Shown: positions 9,133 through 18,613, counted from the first letter of the stretch. The stretch is DNA of 32,000 nt from Geminocystis sp. M7585_C2015_104 (GCA_015295805.1 DVEF01000053.1:15007-47006), one strand, 5' to 3'. Notes: generated by a model not told the origin, from the letters alone. Numbers and translations: made by a program.

Positions 9133-9542
9133 CCTTAAAATACTATTGAAACTTTTAGTAATTCAAGATAGTGAGAGGCGGGGGTAAGACAAGCCCATTT
9201 GAAACCGCCAGGGAATTGCGGGGAGTCAGTCTTCTTAACGGGGGCCGTTAACAGGGAGGTTGGGGTTAATTGATTATCGAGTTGACCAAATTGAGTTGAC
9301 CAAGATGCGACTAATTCCCAATAAGTGTAGATTCGGCGATACAATGACTGCGGCCTTTTGATTGTAAGAGCTTTATCGTTTGATGACAAAAAACCTTGAT
9401 CTTTTGCCGGTAAGTCCAGTTTAATTTAGTTGACGGCCTATGTGGGAGGTCTAACTCACTTTTGAAAATCTTCTGCCACCGACTGGGGGGGGAAAATTTC
9501 CCCTTGATGGCGGCGGACTTTTTGTCATGAATCCGAGGATGG

Positions 9543-10778
9543 ATGACTATGGATGAGCAAAAGTATTTACAGCTATTTGGACTGGAGGCAAAACAGGGGA
9601 GATGGTTACTGATTCCCATGGGAATGACAGTTTTACTCTGTTTGGGAACTGTTTATTCCTGGAGTATTTTTAGGAAACCGCTGGAAAATCAGTTAAATAT
9701 CACCGCCACGGAGAGTTTATTACCTTATACTGTTGGTTTGTTGTTCTATTCGATTTTTATGCCCATTGCCGGCTTTTTAATTCCCAAAATCGGTCCACGG
9801 GTGATGACTGCCTTGGGGGGATTGCTCGTCGGGGTGGGTTATATTTTGGCTAGTTTTGCTCCTAATATTGCCTTGATTACTCTTAGTTATGGCGTTATCG
9901 CTGGTGCCGGAGTTGGTATTGCCTATGGTGTACCCATGGCTGTGGTGGCCCGATGGTTTCCCGACAAAAAGGGTTTAGCCGTGGGGTTGACAATTGTTGG
10001 TTTTGGCCTCTCTCCCCTAATTACTGCCCCTTTGGCAAATCAGTTGATTGTATCCCATGGTGTGAATAATTCTCTGAGAATTTTAGGGATTGCTTTTATT
10101 CTCATCATCTCGGCAATAGCAATGGCCCTTAGGTTTCCCCCCCCTCATTGGAAGGATTCCATGAGTCTCACCGCAGAAAAGTCCAACCCTAGGGTTATCA
10201 ATTATACCCCCATGTTAAAAAGCCCCTCTTTCTACGGGCTTTGGTTTTGTTACGCCATTGGGGCCTTGGTGGGGCTGACGGCCATCGGCATTTCTGGCCC
10301 TGTGGGATTGGAAATTATCCGGATTGACTCTAATTTAGCTGCTAGGAGTGTTTCTTTATTTGCCCTGTTTAACGGTATTAGTCGTCCTTTATTCGGGTGG
10401 TTGACGGATCGTTTTCCTCCCCGGCTTGTGGCTATAGCCTCCTACACAATTATCTTGGCAGCCTGTATTTTAATGATTTCAGCCAAGGAGGGGCAAATTG
10501 TGGTTTATTTAATAGCCTTCTCTCTATTCTGGTTTTGTTTGGGGGGATGGCTAGCCATGGCACCTACTATGACACTTAGATTTTTCAATCCTGACAATTA
10601 TGCCCAAAACTACGGTATTGTATTTACGGCCTATGGGGTGGGCGCGTTGGTGGGCACTATTTTTGTGGGGCAAATAAGAGATTTATTTGGTAGCTACATC
10701 TATGGTTTTTACCTTATGGGCCTCCTAGCGATTATTGGTATTTTTATCGCCCAATTTACCCTGAAAAACCCCCACTAG
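9543..10778 (+). CDS. MFS transporter, oxalate/formate antiporter (OFA)-like
   Basis: 411 aa with about 12 predicted hydrophobic spans. The N-terminal RWLLIPMGMTVLLCLGTVYSWSIF and the PDKKGLAVGL loop are typical of OFA-family MFS proteins. Confidence 0.8.
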   Translation: MTMDEQKYLQLFGLEAKQGRWLLIPMGMTVLLCLGTVYSWSIFRKPLENQLNITATESLLPYTVGLLFYSIFMPIAGFLIPKIGPRVMTALGGLLVGVGYILASFAPNIALITLSYGVIAGAGVGIAYGVPMAVVARWFPDKKGLAVGLTIVGFGLSPLITAPLANQLIVSHGVNNSLRILGIAFILIISAIAMALRFPPPHWKDSMSLTAEKSNPRVINYTPMLKSPSFYGLWFCYAIGALVGLTAIGISGPVGLEIIRIDSNLAARSVSLFALFNGISRPLFGWLTDRFPPRLVAIASYTIILAACILMISAKEGQIVVYLIAFSLFWFCLGGWLAMAPTMTLRFFNPDNYAQNYGIVFTAYGVGALVGTIFVGQIRDLFGSYIYGFYLMGLLAIIGIFIAQFTLKNPH

Positions 10779-10866
10779 TGGGAGACACTTGCCCAACATC
10801 CCCTCTGGTGAGGGGAGACTGTACTACACTACCCCAGCAAAGAGACTGATGCTAGTATCGCCAAGT
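10771..10866 (+). pseudogene. Relic copy of the 3' end of a GUN4-domain gene
   Basis: 10786-10852 aligns to 9031-9109 at 56 of 67 positions, with one 12-nt deletion. It translates to ...GRHLPNIPSGEGRLYYTTPAKRLM..., compared with the intact gene's RGHLPNIRSEYSIGGGRLYYTTLAERLV. There is no start codon and an in-frame stop lies at 10762-10764. Confidence 0.65.
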
Positions 10867-10870
10867 AATA

Positions 10871-11689
10871 CTAGCCAAACACACGGTGTTGGAGAGAAGG
10901 CATTTGTTGTCTGACTTGTTGTAGGCGTTGAGGGTTGATTTCTGCTAGGGCGATGCCTTCTTTGGCGCCGGTGTTAGCTAGGACAGTGCCCCAGGGGTCT
11001 ACAATCATAGCATGTCCATGAGTAAAACGACGACCATAGTGGTTGCCAGTTTGAGCCGGTGCAATGACATAACAGGTATTTTCAATGGCTCTGGCCCGTA
11101 TTAGAATTTCCCAGTGATCCTTTCCAGTATAGGCAGTAAAGGCGGCAGGGACAAAAATTACTTCCGCGCCTTGACGGGAAAGATGACGAAAAACCTCGGG
11201 GAAACGGACATCATAACAGATGGAAATGCCCAATTTGCCCAAATCGCCGGCATCACACACTGGCGGCAGACAACTACCGGCCATTACTGTTTTAGATTCC
11301 CGATAATAGTTGCCATCCGGTAGATTGACGTCGAACAGATGTATTTTGTGGTAGCGACACAACTCTAGACCGTTGGGGGCAATCAATACGGCGGTATTAT
11401 GGACTTTTGAGGAGTCATCGGCAATGGGTGTAGGGAAACCACCTCCCAGGATGGTAACTTGGAAGCGTTGTGCCATGCGGATGAGGAATTTCTCGCTTTT
11501 GGTAGCAATTTCGTGTCTTTTGGCTACTTTCTCTTCTTCTTCCCCCAGAAAAGCGAAATTCTCGGGCAAAGCGACTAATTTAGCCCCCTGATTCACTGCC
11601 AGTTCTATGTATTCTTCTGCTTGTTGCAAGTTTTTATCAACGTCTGGGGTACTGGTCATGCAAACAGATGCCGCAAGGTATGACTTCAT
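10871..11689 (-). CDS. Carbon-nitrogen hydrolase family protein (Nit / omega-amidase-like)
   Basis: MKSYLAASVCMTS...LVALPENFAFLG...ISICYDVRFPEVF...AFTAYTGKDHWEILIRARAIEN carries the Glu-Lys-Cys catalytic-triad context of nitrilase-superfamily enzymes. I prefer the ATG at 11689 over the GTG at 11707. Confidence 0.85.
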   Translation of the reverse strand: MKSYLAASVCMTSTPDVDKNLQQAEEYIELAVNQGAKLVALPENFAFLGEEEEKVAKRHEIATKSEKFLIRMAQRFQVTILGGGFPTPIADDSSKVHNTAVLIAPNGLELCRYHKIHLFDVNLPDGNYYRESKTVMAGSCLPPVCDAGDLGKLGISICYDVRFPEVFRHLSRQGAEVIFVPAAFTAYTGKDHWEILIRARAIENTCYVIAPAQTGNHYGRRFTHGHAMIVDPWGTVLANTGAKEGIALAEINPQRLQQVRQQMPSLQHRVFG

Positions 11690-11708
11690 GTGTTGTCTGT
11701 TGAACACC

Positions 11709-12452
11709 TTAACTGCTAATGAATTCCCGATAACTTGCCGTTAACTCCCTCACTGCTATTTCATAGAATTGTTTACCATGTGTTGGAGTGGCCAAGGCCG
11801 GGTTAGATCCCATTCTACCATCCGGGTAACACTGACGGAAATTCTTTGCCCCGTAAATTGGGTGGCCCTTTGCCACTTCTTTTGTCAGGGGGAAATTTTT
11901 GATAGCCTCGGGATAGAAGTATTGGGTGACTGCCACTTCTGAGGGGGTGGCATGACTGCCTTCTTCTTCGCCATAGAGTTTTTTGGCCAATTCTACCACT
12001 TTGGGGCACATATACCAATTAGCCAATTTGCATTTTACCTGTTCACTTCCCGGTATGTTGAGGGCTTCTAGGTGTTCATATACCTGAGAAAAGGCTGCTT
12101 TCAGGGTGGCTATATTGCCTCCATGGCCGTTTATAAAGAAAAATTTTCTAAATCCTGCCTTGGCCAAGGATGTTAGGAAATCTTGAATGTATAAGATTAG
12201 GGTTGTAGGTCTTAGACTTATTGTACCCGGGAAGGCTGTATGATGCAGTGCCATCCCCACATTTATTGTTGGTGTTACCAGTGCCCCTGCCTCTTTTCCC
12301 ACTCCTTTTGCTATTTCTTCCGCACATATTGCGTCTGTTCCTATTAATCCTGTTGGCCCGTGTTGTTCCGTCGAGCCTATTGGTATTATTATCCCATTAC
12401 TCCTTTTCAGGTATTCTTCTACCTCTGGCCAGCTGCACAGTTTTAGTTCCAT
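11709..12452 (-). CDS. Creatininase-family amidohydrolase
   Basis: IIIPIGSTEQHGPTGLIGTD...FFINGHGGN are creatinine-amidohydrolase family motifs. It lies directly upstream of the C-N hydrolase gene on the same strand. Confidence 0.85.
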   Translation of the reverse strand: MELKLCSWPEVEEYLKRSNGIIIPIGSTEQHGPTGLIGTDAICAEEIAKGVGKEAGALVTPTINVGMALHHTAFPGTISLRPTTLILYIQDFLTSLAKAGFRKFFFINGHGGNIATLKAAFSQVYEHLEALNIPGSEQVKCKLANWYMCPKVVELAKKLYGEEEGSHATPSEVAVTQYFYPEAIKNFPLTKEVAKGHPIYGAKNFRQCYPDGRMGSNPALATPTHGKQFYEIAVRELTASYREFISS

Positions 12453-12662
12453 CTTTTCCTCTTTTTGCTGTTTATTCCATTTATCTTTCTCACTTTTTGC
12501 AATAAATTCTTATTTAAAATGTTCGCAGGCACCGCCCTGGCAGTCACTTCTCCTGCCGCCCCTCTCGCTATTCTAGCTCGCCCGCCCCCCCTTTGTCAAG
12601 GGTTACTGATGGAAATTTCCAGTTCATCTTGTCTCCACCAGAAAGGGGTGTGGGGAGGAAAG

Positions 12663-12671
12663 TGTTATAAT
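12663..12671 (+). promoter_or_regulatory. Possible extended -10 promoter (TGtTATAAT) for dnaN
   Basis: TGTTATAAT lies 45 nt upstream of the dnaN GTG, and a GGAGGA SD sits about 8 nt before the start. Confidence 0.3.
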
Positions 12672-12715
12672 GGTAGTCTGTGTGAATTGACGAGGGATGA
12701 GGGGAGGAATTAAAA

Positions 12716-13864
12716 GTGAAGATAATTTGTTCTCAGGAGCAATTAAAGAATAATTTATCGCTAGTGAGTAGAGTGGTGCCCTCTCGCCCAACCCATCCTA
12801 TTCTAGGAAATGTGTTGTTGGTGGCAGATAAGAGAAAAAACGAGGTAACAGTGACTGGGTTTGATTTGACGGTGGGAATTCAAAGTAGTTTCCCGGCGGG
12901 GGTGGAAGAAGGAGGGGTAATAACACTGCCGGCAAAGTTGCTAAATGATGTGGTAAGCCGTCTCCCAGACGGGGAGATTATTATCACCTACGAGGAAAGA
13001 GAGGAGGAAGAAAACCCGCTGGTGGGGATTCACTGCCTGGGGGGAAGATTTCAGTTGCGGGGAATGAGGGGGGATGAGTATCCTCCTCTGCCTTTAGTAA
13101 GGGAGAATGGGTTTCACTTGCCAGGGGAGGCTTTGACGGAGGGATTAAAGGGATGTTTGTTTGCGGCAAGCAATGATGAGACTAAACAGATTTTAACTGG
13201 AGTACATCTAAAATGTAATGATAATACCATAGAGTTTGCGGCAACAGATGGACATCGTTTGGCGGTGGTGAGGGAGAAAGTAGAAGAAGAGGAAGTAGAA
13301 GGTTATAGCGGCGCTGTAGGATTTGAAATTACAATACCGGCGCGGGGATTAAGAGAATTGGAGAGAATACTGTCTGGGGCTAAGGAAGGAGAAAAGGTAG
13401 AATTGTGTATAGCCTCTAAGGATGTCGCATTTCGACTGAGGGATGTGATACTGACTAGTAGAAGGTTGGAAGGGGCATATCCGGATTATAGCCGATTAAT
13501 CCCCAACAGTTTTCAAAAGACAATGGCAGTGGAAAGAAAAAGGCTGATAGATAGTTTAGAACGTCTTTCGGTTTTTAGTGACCAGAAAAACAGTTTAGTT
13601 AGGTTTAGACTTAATCCTACTAGCAGGGAGTTGACTGTGGCGATAGAGGCGGGGGAGATAGGCAGTGGAAAAGAATCAATGACGGCAGAAATCAGCGGGG
13701 AGGGGTTTGAGATTGGGTTTAACATCAAATACCTGCTGGAGGGTTTAAAGGCTTTCTCCTCTCATGAAGTGAAGTTCCATTTTAACGGCCCAGTGCAACC
13801 AGTGGTGGTAACCCCCCTGGATGGTACCTCTATGACTTATCTTATCATGCCTGTTCAAATATAA
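12716..13864 (+). CDS. dnaN: DNA polymerase III beta sliding clamp
   Basis: MKIICSQEQLKNNLSLVSRVVPSRPTHPILGNVLLVAD and the C-terminal MTYLIMPVQI are typical of DnaN. It uses a GTG start. Two acidic insertions (EEREEEENP, VEEEEVEG) are present. Confidence 0.92.
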   Translation: MKIICSQEQLKNNLSLVSRVVPSRPTHPILGNVLLVADKRKNEVTVTGFDLTVGIQSSFPAGVEEGGVITLPAKLLNDVVSRLPDGEIIITYEEREEEENPLVGIHCLGGRFQLRGMRGDEYPPLPLVRENGFHLPGEALTEGLKGCLFAASNDETKQILTGVHLKCNDNTIEFAATDGHRLAVVREKVEEEEVEGYSGAVGFEITIPARGLRELERILSGAKEGEKVELCIASKDVAFRLRDVILTSRRLEGAYPDYSRLIPNSFQKTMAVERKRLIDSLERLSVFSDQKNSLVRFRLNPTSRELTVAIEAGEIGSGKESMTAEISGEGFEIGFNIKYLLEGLKAFSSHEVKFHFNGPVQPVVVTPLDGTSMTYLIMPVQI

Positions 13865-13872
13865 TAGTGGGT

Positions 13873-16800
13873 TTAGGAACTACCAAAGCCACCACCACCA
13901 GGAGTTTCAATGACAAAAATGTCGTCTTGGTGAAGGTTAACAGTGGCAGTGGGGGGAAGTATTTGTTTTCCACCGTTAGCAAAGAGGATATAATTAACTC
14001 CAGGTTTCCCCTCGCCGCCTCCTTGTAAACCCTGGGGGGGAATAACTCTCCTGGAGGAGAGGATGGAGGCCGTCATGGGTTGAAGGAAACGAATCTTCCT
14101 CACCACGCCATCACCTCCCCTATATTTGCCTTTGCCACCACTGTTTTTCCTAATGCTGAATTCTTCCACCCTCACTGGATAACGGGTTTCCAATACCTCC
14201 ACATCTGTCAGACGGGAGTTGGTCATATGTACATGTACTGCTGATGTACCATCATGGTTATATCCTGCCCCTGAGCCACCACAAATTGTCTCATAGTATT
14301 GATACTGATTGTTACCAAAGGTAAAGTTATTCATAGTACCTTGGGAGTTGGCCATAATACCGAGGGCGCCATAGAGACAGTCGGCGAGGAGTTGAGAGGT
14401 TTCCACATTGCCGGCGACGACAGGGGAGGGATAGGAGGGGTTGAGAAGACAGCCGGAGGGTATTATGAGGTGAAGGGGTTTAAGACAGCCGGCGTTGAGG
14501 GGAATATCGTCTTCTACCAGAGTGCGAAAAACATACAATACTACTGCTTTGGTTACGGCAATGGGGGCATTGAAGTTACTTTCTGGTAGACTAGATGTGC
14601 CCGTAAAGTCGATGGTAGCACTACAGTCTTGGGGATTGATGATAATTTTAACTTGGATGGTGGCGCCATTATCTAATTGAATACTATAACTGCCGTCTTT
14701 GAGGCATTTTATAGCTTCTCTGACACATTTTTCAGCGTTTTCTTGTATGAATTGCATATATTTTTTGACGGTTTTAAGGCCATATTTGGCAACAATTTTG
14801 CGTAGTTCGTTGGCCCCCCTTTCGTTAGCAGCTATTTGGGCTTGTAAATCGGCAAGATTTTGTTGATAATATCTGACGGGGTAAGGATGATTAAGAAGTA
14901 ATTCTGCCAGTTGTTTTTCTTGTAAAATTCCCTCCCTTACCAGACAAAAATTATCGATTAATACTCCTTCTTCGTGAATATCTTTGCTGTGGGGGGGCAT
15001 AGAAGCGGGGGTAATGCCGCCAACGTCAGCATGATGTCCACGGGAAGCGACAAAGAAATCTGGTTTCGAGGAAGATTCTATAAAAACAGGAGTGATGGCA
15101 GTGATATCCGGAAGGTGAGTGCCTCCATTGTAGGGGTTGTTAGTGATGTATACATCCCCCGGTTTTAGGGTTATTTTGCTATCATTAATTAGGGCCTTAA
15201 CACTCTCACTCATTGACCCCAAATGTACAGGTATGTGGGGGGCATTTGCCACTAATTCTCCTTGAGAGTCGAATATGGCACAAGAAAAATCAAGTCTTTC
15301 CTTAATGTTAACAGAATGGCTAGTTTTCTGGAGGGTTATGCCCATTTCTTCGGCAATGAATCGAAAGAGATTGTTAAAAATTTCTAGCAAAATTGGGTCA
15401 GGTTTATCCAGGGAATATTGTTGAACAGGTAGGGCTCTTTCTTTATTTATTTGAGTTAAAACAAGGTGTCCAGATTCGATGATTTCAGCCTGCCAACCTG
15501 GCTCAACTACATTGGTGCCTATGGATTCAACTATTATTGCAGGACCTATAATTTTTTGATGCAACTTAAGGTCACTTCTTTGGTAGACAGGGGTATCATG
15601 CCATTGATTTTTAGTATACATTTTGACAGTGGCTATTGGCTTGGCTGGAAACTTATTTAGGGAGTTTTGTCTGGAGAGAGAGGGAAGGTTATTTTCGTCG
15701 TAGGTGGGAGAAATTAACTCCAGGGAAATCTGTTCAATTACTAGATTCTCATCTTCTAGTATGAAGCCATATCTTTGGCGGTGAAGCTGGAGGAATTCTT
15801 GTTGTAACAGACGGGTGTTGGTGGAAAATTTAACGGGAATGCTAAAGTCACTGCCTTGGTATTTGAGATAAATGGTCTTTATTATGGTAATATCATCTGA
15901 CGAGCCAGGATGTTGTTTTTGTAATTCCTGCCTAGCGATAATTTCTAGTAGGGAATATTCGTGTTCGACTTGAGATATAATATCGGGGACAAGGGGGTAA
16001 TTGAGAGTTTTTTCTTTGATAATTCTGATTTCAGCCAAGCCGATGCCGTAGGCAGATAAAACCCCTGCAAGGGGGTGAATAAGGATGGTTTTTATGCCCA
16101 AATTTTCGGCAATAAGACATGCATGTTGCCCACCAGCGCCGCCAAAACAACAGAGGGCATATTCAGTTAGATCATAGCCCTTTTGAAGGGAGATTTTTTT
16201 GATGGCATTGGCCATAGTTTCGACGGCGATGGAGATAAAACCTTGGGCTATTTCCTCTAGTGATATATCTTGTTTTAGTTGTTGTTTAATTTGTTGTTGT
16301 AGACGTTGAAATTCTGTCTCTACAAGCCGTAAGTTTAAAGGCTGATTGGCATCCTTGCCGAAGAGGAAGGGGAAGAAACGGGGTTGAATTTTGCCCAACA
16401 GGAGATTACAGTCGGTTATGGTGAGTCTATCGCCCCCCCTATCGTAACATACAGGACCGGGATTGGCACCGGCAGATTCTGGGCCGACTCTGTATCTTTG
16501 ACCGTCAAAGTAGCAAATTGAACCTCCTCCGGCAGCTACGGTGTGAATTGCTAGCTGTGGCACGCACAATCTCACTCCGGCTATTTCCGTCTCTTGATTT
16601 CGCTCGTATTCGCCGGCGTAATGGGCAACATCAGTAGAAGTGCCCCCCATGTCAAAAGTGATAATCTTGTGAAAGCCAGCCTGAAGGGAAGTTTTAACAG
16701 CACCGACAATGCCGCCGGCAGGGCCTGATAAAATACTATCCTTGCCCTGAAAGTATCTACTATCGGCTAAACCCCCGTTAGACTGCATAAACATCAACCG

Positions 16801-17511
16801 GGGGGGATTGGGGGAGAGACTCTCTTCCACCTGTTGGATATAACGACGTAAGACGGGGGATAGGTAGGCATCAACCACGGTGGTGTCGCCTCTGCTTACC
16901 AGTTTGATGAGACTGGTGACTTTGTGGGAGACGGAGACTTGGGGGAAACCGATTTTCTTGGCGAGAGCCTCTACTTGCAGTTCATGTTTGTTACACTTAT
17001 AACTATGAAGAAGAACGATAGCACAACTGCGGAAGCCTTCTGCATATGCCTGGCGTAAGTCAGTTTCTAGTAGGGGAAGGTTAAGGGGTTGAATTTCATT
17101 CCCGTTGGCATCCAAACGCCCTTCCACTTCAATCACCTTCTGGTATAACATCTCTGGTAAGGTGATGTGTCTAGCGAAAATATTTGGGCGTTGCTGATAG
17201 CCGATTCTTAAGGCGTCTTTGAAACCTTTGTTAATTACTAATACTACAGGAGTCCCCTTTCTTTCCAGGAGGGCGTTAGTAGCCACAGTTGTGCCCATTT
17301 TAATTACTTCAATATTTTCGAGGGGGAGGGGTTTGTTGGGGGGAATGCCGAGGATTTGTCTAATACCCTCGATGGCGGCGGAGGAGTAGTGTTGGGGGTT
17401 TTCTGAGAGGAGTTTATGGGTGATAATGTCTCCCTGGGGGGTTATGGCAACAATGTCAGTAAAGGTGCCACCCCTGTCAATCCAAAATTGCCATTTACCA
17501 CTGGTTGCCAT
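13873..17511 (-). CDS. Fused hydantoinase A/B family protein, ATP-dependent 5-oxoprolinase type
   Basis: About 1212 aa from the ATG at 17511 (MATSGKWQFWIDRGGTFTDIVA). The HyuA-like N-terminal half is followed by a HyuB-like C-terminal half (PHIPVHLGSM...ITNNPYNGGTHLPD), the same architecture as eukaryote-type oxoprolinase. Confidence 0.9.
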   Translation of the reverse strand: MATSGKWQFWIDRGGTFTDIVAITPQGDIITHKLLSENPQHYSSAAIEGIRQILGIPPNKPLPLENIEVIKMGTTVATNALLERKGTPVVLVINKGFKDALRIGYQQRPNIFARHITLPEMLYQKVIEVEGRLDANGNEIQPLNLPLLETDLRQAYAEGFRSCAIVLLHSYKCNKHELQVEALAKKIGFPQVSVSHKVTSLIKLVSRGDTTVVDAYLSPVLRRYIQQVEESLSPNPPRLMFMQSNGGLADSRYFQGKDSILSGPAGGIVGAVKTSLQAGFHKIITFDMGGTSTDVAHYAGEYERNQETEIAGVRLCVPQLAIHTVAAGGGSICYFDGQRYRVGPESAGANPGPVCYDRGGDRLTITDCNLLLGKIQPRFFPFLFGKDANQPLNLRLVETEFQRLQQQIKQQLKQDISLEEIAQGFISIAVETMANAIKKISLQKGYDLTEYALCCFGGAGGQHACLIAENLGIKTILIHPLAGVLSAYGIGLAEIRIIKEKTLNYPLVPDIISQVEHEYSLLEIIARQELQKQHPGSSDDITIIKTIYLKYQGSDFSIPVKFSTNTRLLQQEFLQLHRQRYGFILEDENLVIEQISLELISPTYDENNLPSLSRQNSLNKFPAKPIATVKMYTKNQWHDTPVYQRSDLKLHQKIIGPAIIVESIGTNVVEPGWQAEIIESGHLVLTQINKERALPVQQYSLDKPDPILLEIFNNLFRFIAEEMGITLQKTSHSVNIKERLDFSCAIFDSQGELVANAPHIPVHLGSMSESVKALINDSKITLKPGDVYITNNPYNGGTHLPDITAITPVFIESSSKPDFFVASRGHHADVGGITPASMPPHSKDIHEEGVLIDNFCLVREGILQEKQLAELLLNHPYPVRYYQQNLADLQAQIAANERGANELRKIVAKYGLKTVKKYMQFIQENAEKCVREAIKCLKDGSYSIQLDNGATIQVKIIINPQDCSATIDFTGTSSLPESNFNAPIAVTKAVVLYVFRTLVEDDIPLNAGCLKPLHLIIPSGCLLNPSYPSPVVAGNVETSQLLADCLYGALGIMANSQGTMNNFTFGNNQYQYYETICGGSGAGYNHDGTSAVHVHMTNSRLTDVEVLETRYPVRVEEFSIRKNSGGKGKYRGGDGVVRKIRFLQPMTASILSSRRVIPPQGLQGGGEGKPGVNYILFANGGKQILPPTATVNLHQDDIFVIETPGGGGFGSS

Positions 17512-17586
17512 AGGCGTAGGGAAGTGAATAATCCTACAAGATACCATTAAAATGGGGGATGGAGGAAAACGAAAAGAGAGGAAGTC

Positions 17587-18555
17587 ATGGAAAAAAGACA
17601 ATTGGGCAAGTCAGGGATTGAGATAACGCCTATAATAATGGGCACCTGGCAGGCTGGCAAGAAGATGTGGGTGGGGATAGAGGATTCAGAGAGTATTAAG
17701 GCCATAAGAAGGGCAGTGGAATTGGGTATTAATACCATTGACACAGCGGAAGTGTATGGAGATGGGCATTCAGAGAGGATTGTAGGGGAGGCTATAAAGG
17801 ATGTGCGGGATAAGGTAGTCATAGCCACTAAGGTATTTGCCAACCACCTCAAGTATCATCAGGTGATAGAGGCTTGTAACAATTCTTTAAAAAACCTACA
17901 GACAGATTATATTGACTTGTATCAGATTCATTGGCCTTCTGGAAGTTGGGGTACGGAAGTAGTACCGATAGAGGAAACCATGAGGGCGATGAATAAGTTG
18001 AAGGAGGAGGGGAAGATAAGGGCGATTGGGGTATCTAATTTTTCCCTATCACAGTTACAACAGGCGTGTGAATATGGACAGATAGACAGTATCCAGCCGC
18101 CCTATTCGTTATTTTGGCGGTTTGTGGAAAAACAGATCCAGCCGTGGTGTGTAGAGAGGGGGATTTCCATTCTAGCATATTCGCCATTGGCACAGGGGAT
18201 TTTGACAGGGAAATTTGGGGATAATCCCACCTTTGCTGAAGGAGATCATCGCAAAGACAATCGTCTTTTTCAACCCCCCCATTGGGAAAGGGTGAAGAAA
18301 GCCTTGTCTCAACTGAGGCCCTATGCTGAGAAGTACAATTGCACCTTAGGGCAGTTAGCCATTGCCTGGGTAATCCATCAACCCCAAACCAGTGCGATAG
18401 TTGGTGCTAGGAATGCCCAACAGGTAGAGGAGAATGCCCATGCGGTGGATATAAAGATAACTCCAGAGGATTTAAAGGCTATTAGTGATATTGGTGAAGA
18501 GGTAACCAGGCATTTAGACGACAATCCGGTTATGTGGGATTTCAAAAGGGGATAG
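17587..18555 (+). CDS. Aldo/keto reductase
   Basis: LGKSGIEITPIIMGTWQAG...INTIDTAEVYGDGHSE...DLYQIHWP...IGVSNF are canonical AKR motifs. Confidence 0.9.
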   Translation: MEKRQLGKSGIEITPIIMGTWQAGKKMWVGIEDSESIKAIRRAVELGINTIDTAEVYGDGHSERIVGEAIKDVRDKVVIATKVFANHLKYHQVIEACNNSLKNLQTDYIDLYQIHWPSGSWGTEVVPIEETMRAMNKLKEEGKIRAIGVSNFSLSQLQQACEYGQIDSIQPPYSLFWRFVEKQIQPWCVERGISILAYSPLAQGILTGKFGDNPTFAEGDHRKDNRLFQPPHWERVKKALSQLRPYAEKYNCTLGQLAIAWVIHQPQTSAIVGARNAQQVEENAHAVDIKITPEDLKAISDIGEEVTRHLDDNPVMWDFKRG

Positions 18556-18591
18556 GATGTAGGTGGTAGATGTAGAGTAAGGGGGATTGTA

Positions 18592-18613
18592 GGGGCATAT
18601 AGCAATATGCCCC
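18592..18613 (+). terminator. Perfect 9-bp stem / 4-nt loop hairpin downstream of the AKR gene
   Basis: GGGGCATAT-agca-ATATGCCCC lies 37 nt after the AKR stop. No U-tract follows, so it may be a stabilising or processing hairpin rather than an intrinsic terminator. Confidence 0.35.

Noticed and set aside
9133-9542. Known riboswitch in the MFS leader. GGGGAGTCAG resembles the yybP-ykoY GGGGAGUAG, and GCCACCGACTG resembles the cobalamin GCCACUG box.
   Set aside because: These are isolated short resemblances only. The other conserved elements of those classes, as I recall them, are absent, and the downstream gene is not a typical target. It is kept only as an unclassified structured leader.
9135-9619. 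Track ORFs 9135-9389(-) and 9311-9619(-) in the MFS leader
   Set aside because: They have no SD and no recognisable motifs. The second overlaps the MFS start on the opposite strand. The region is better explained as a non-coding leader.
12221-12713. Track ORFs 12221-12505(+) and 12465-12713(+)
   Set aside because: The first is antisense to the creatininase-family gene and is a Leu/Pro low-complexity translation. The second lies in the dnaN promoter spacer and has no supporting signals.
12453-12715. oriC in the spacer upstream of dnaN
   Set aside because: I scanned both strands for TTATCCACA / TTTTCCACA-type boxes. The best candidates (ggTGTGGGGAgg, TGTGAATTG) have two or more mismatches. 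The spacer is short (263 nt) and better explained as the dnaN promoter (TGtTATAAT at 12663-71).
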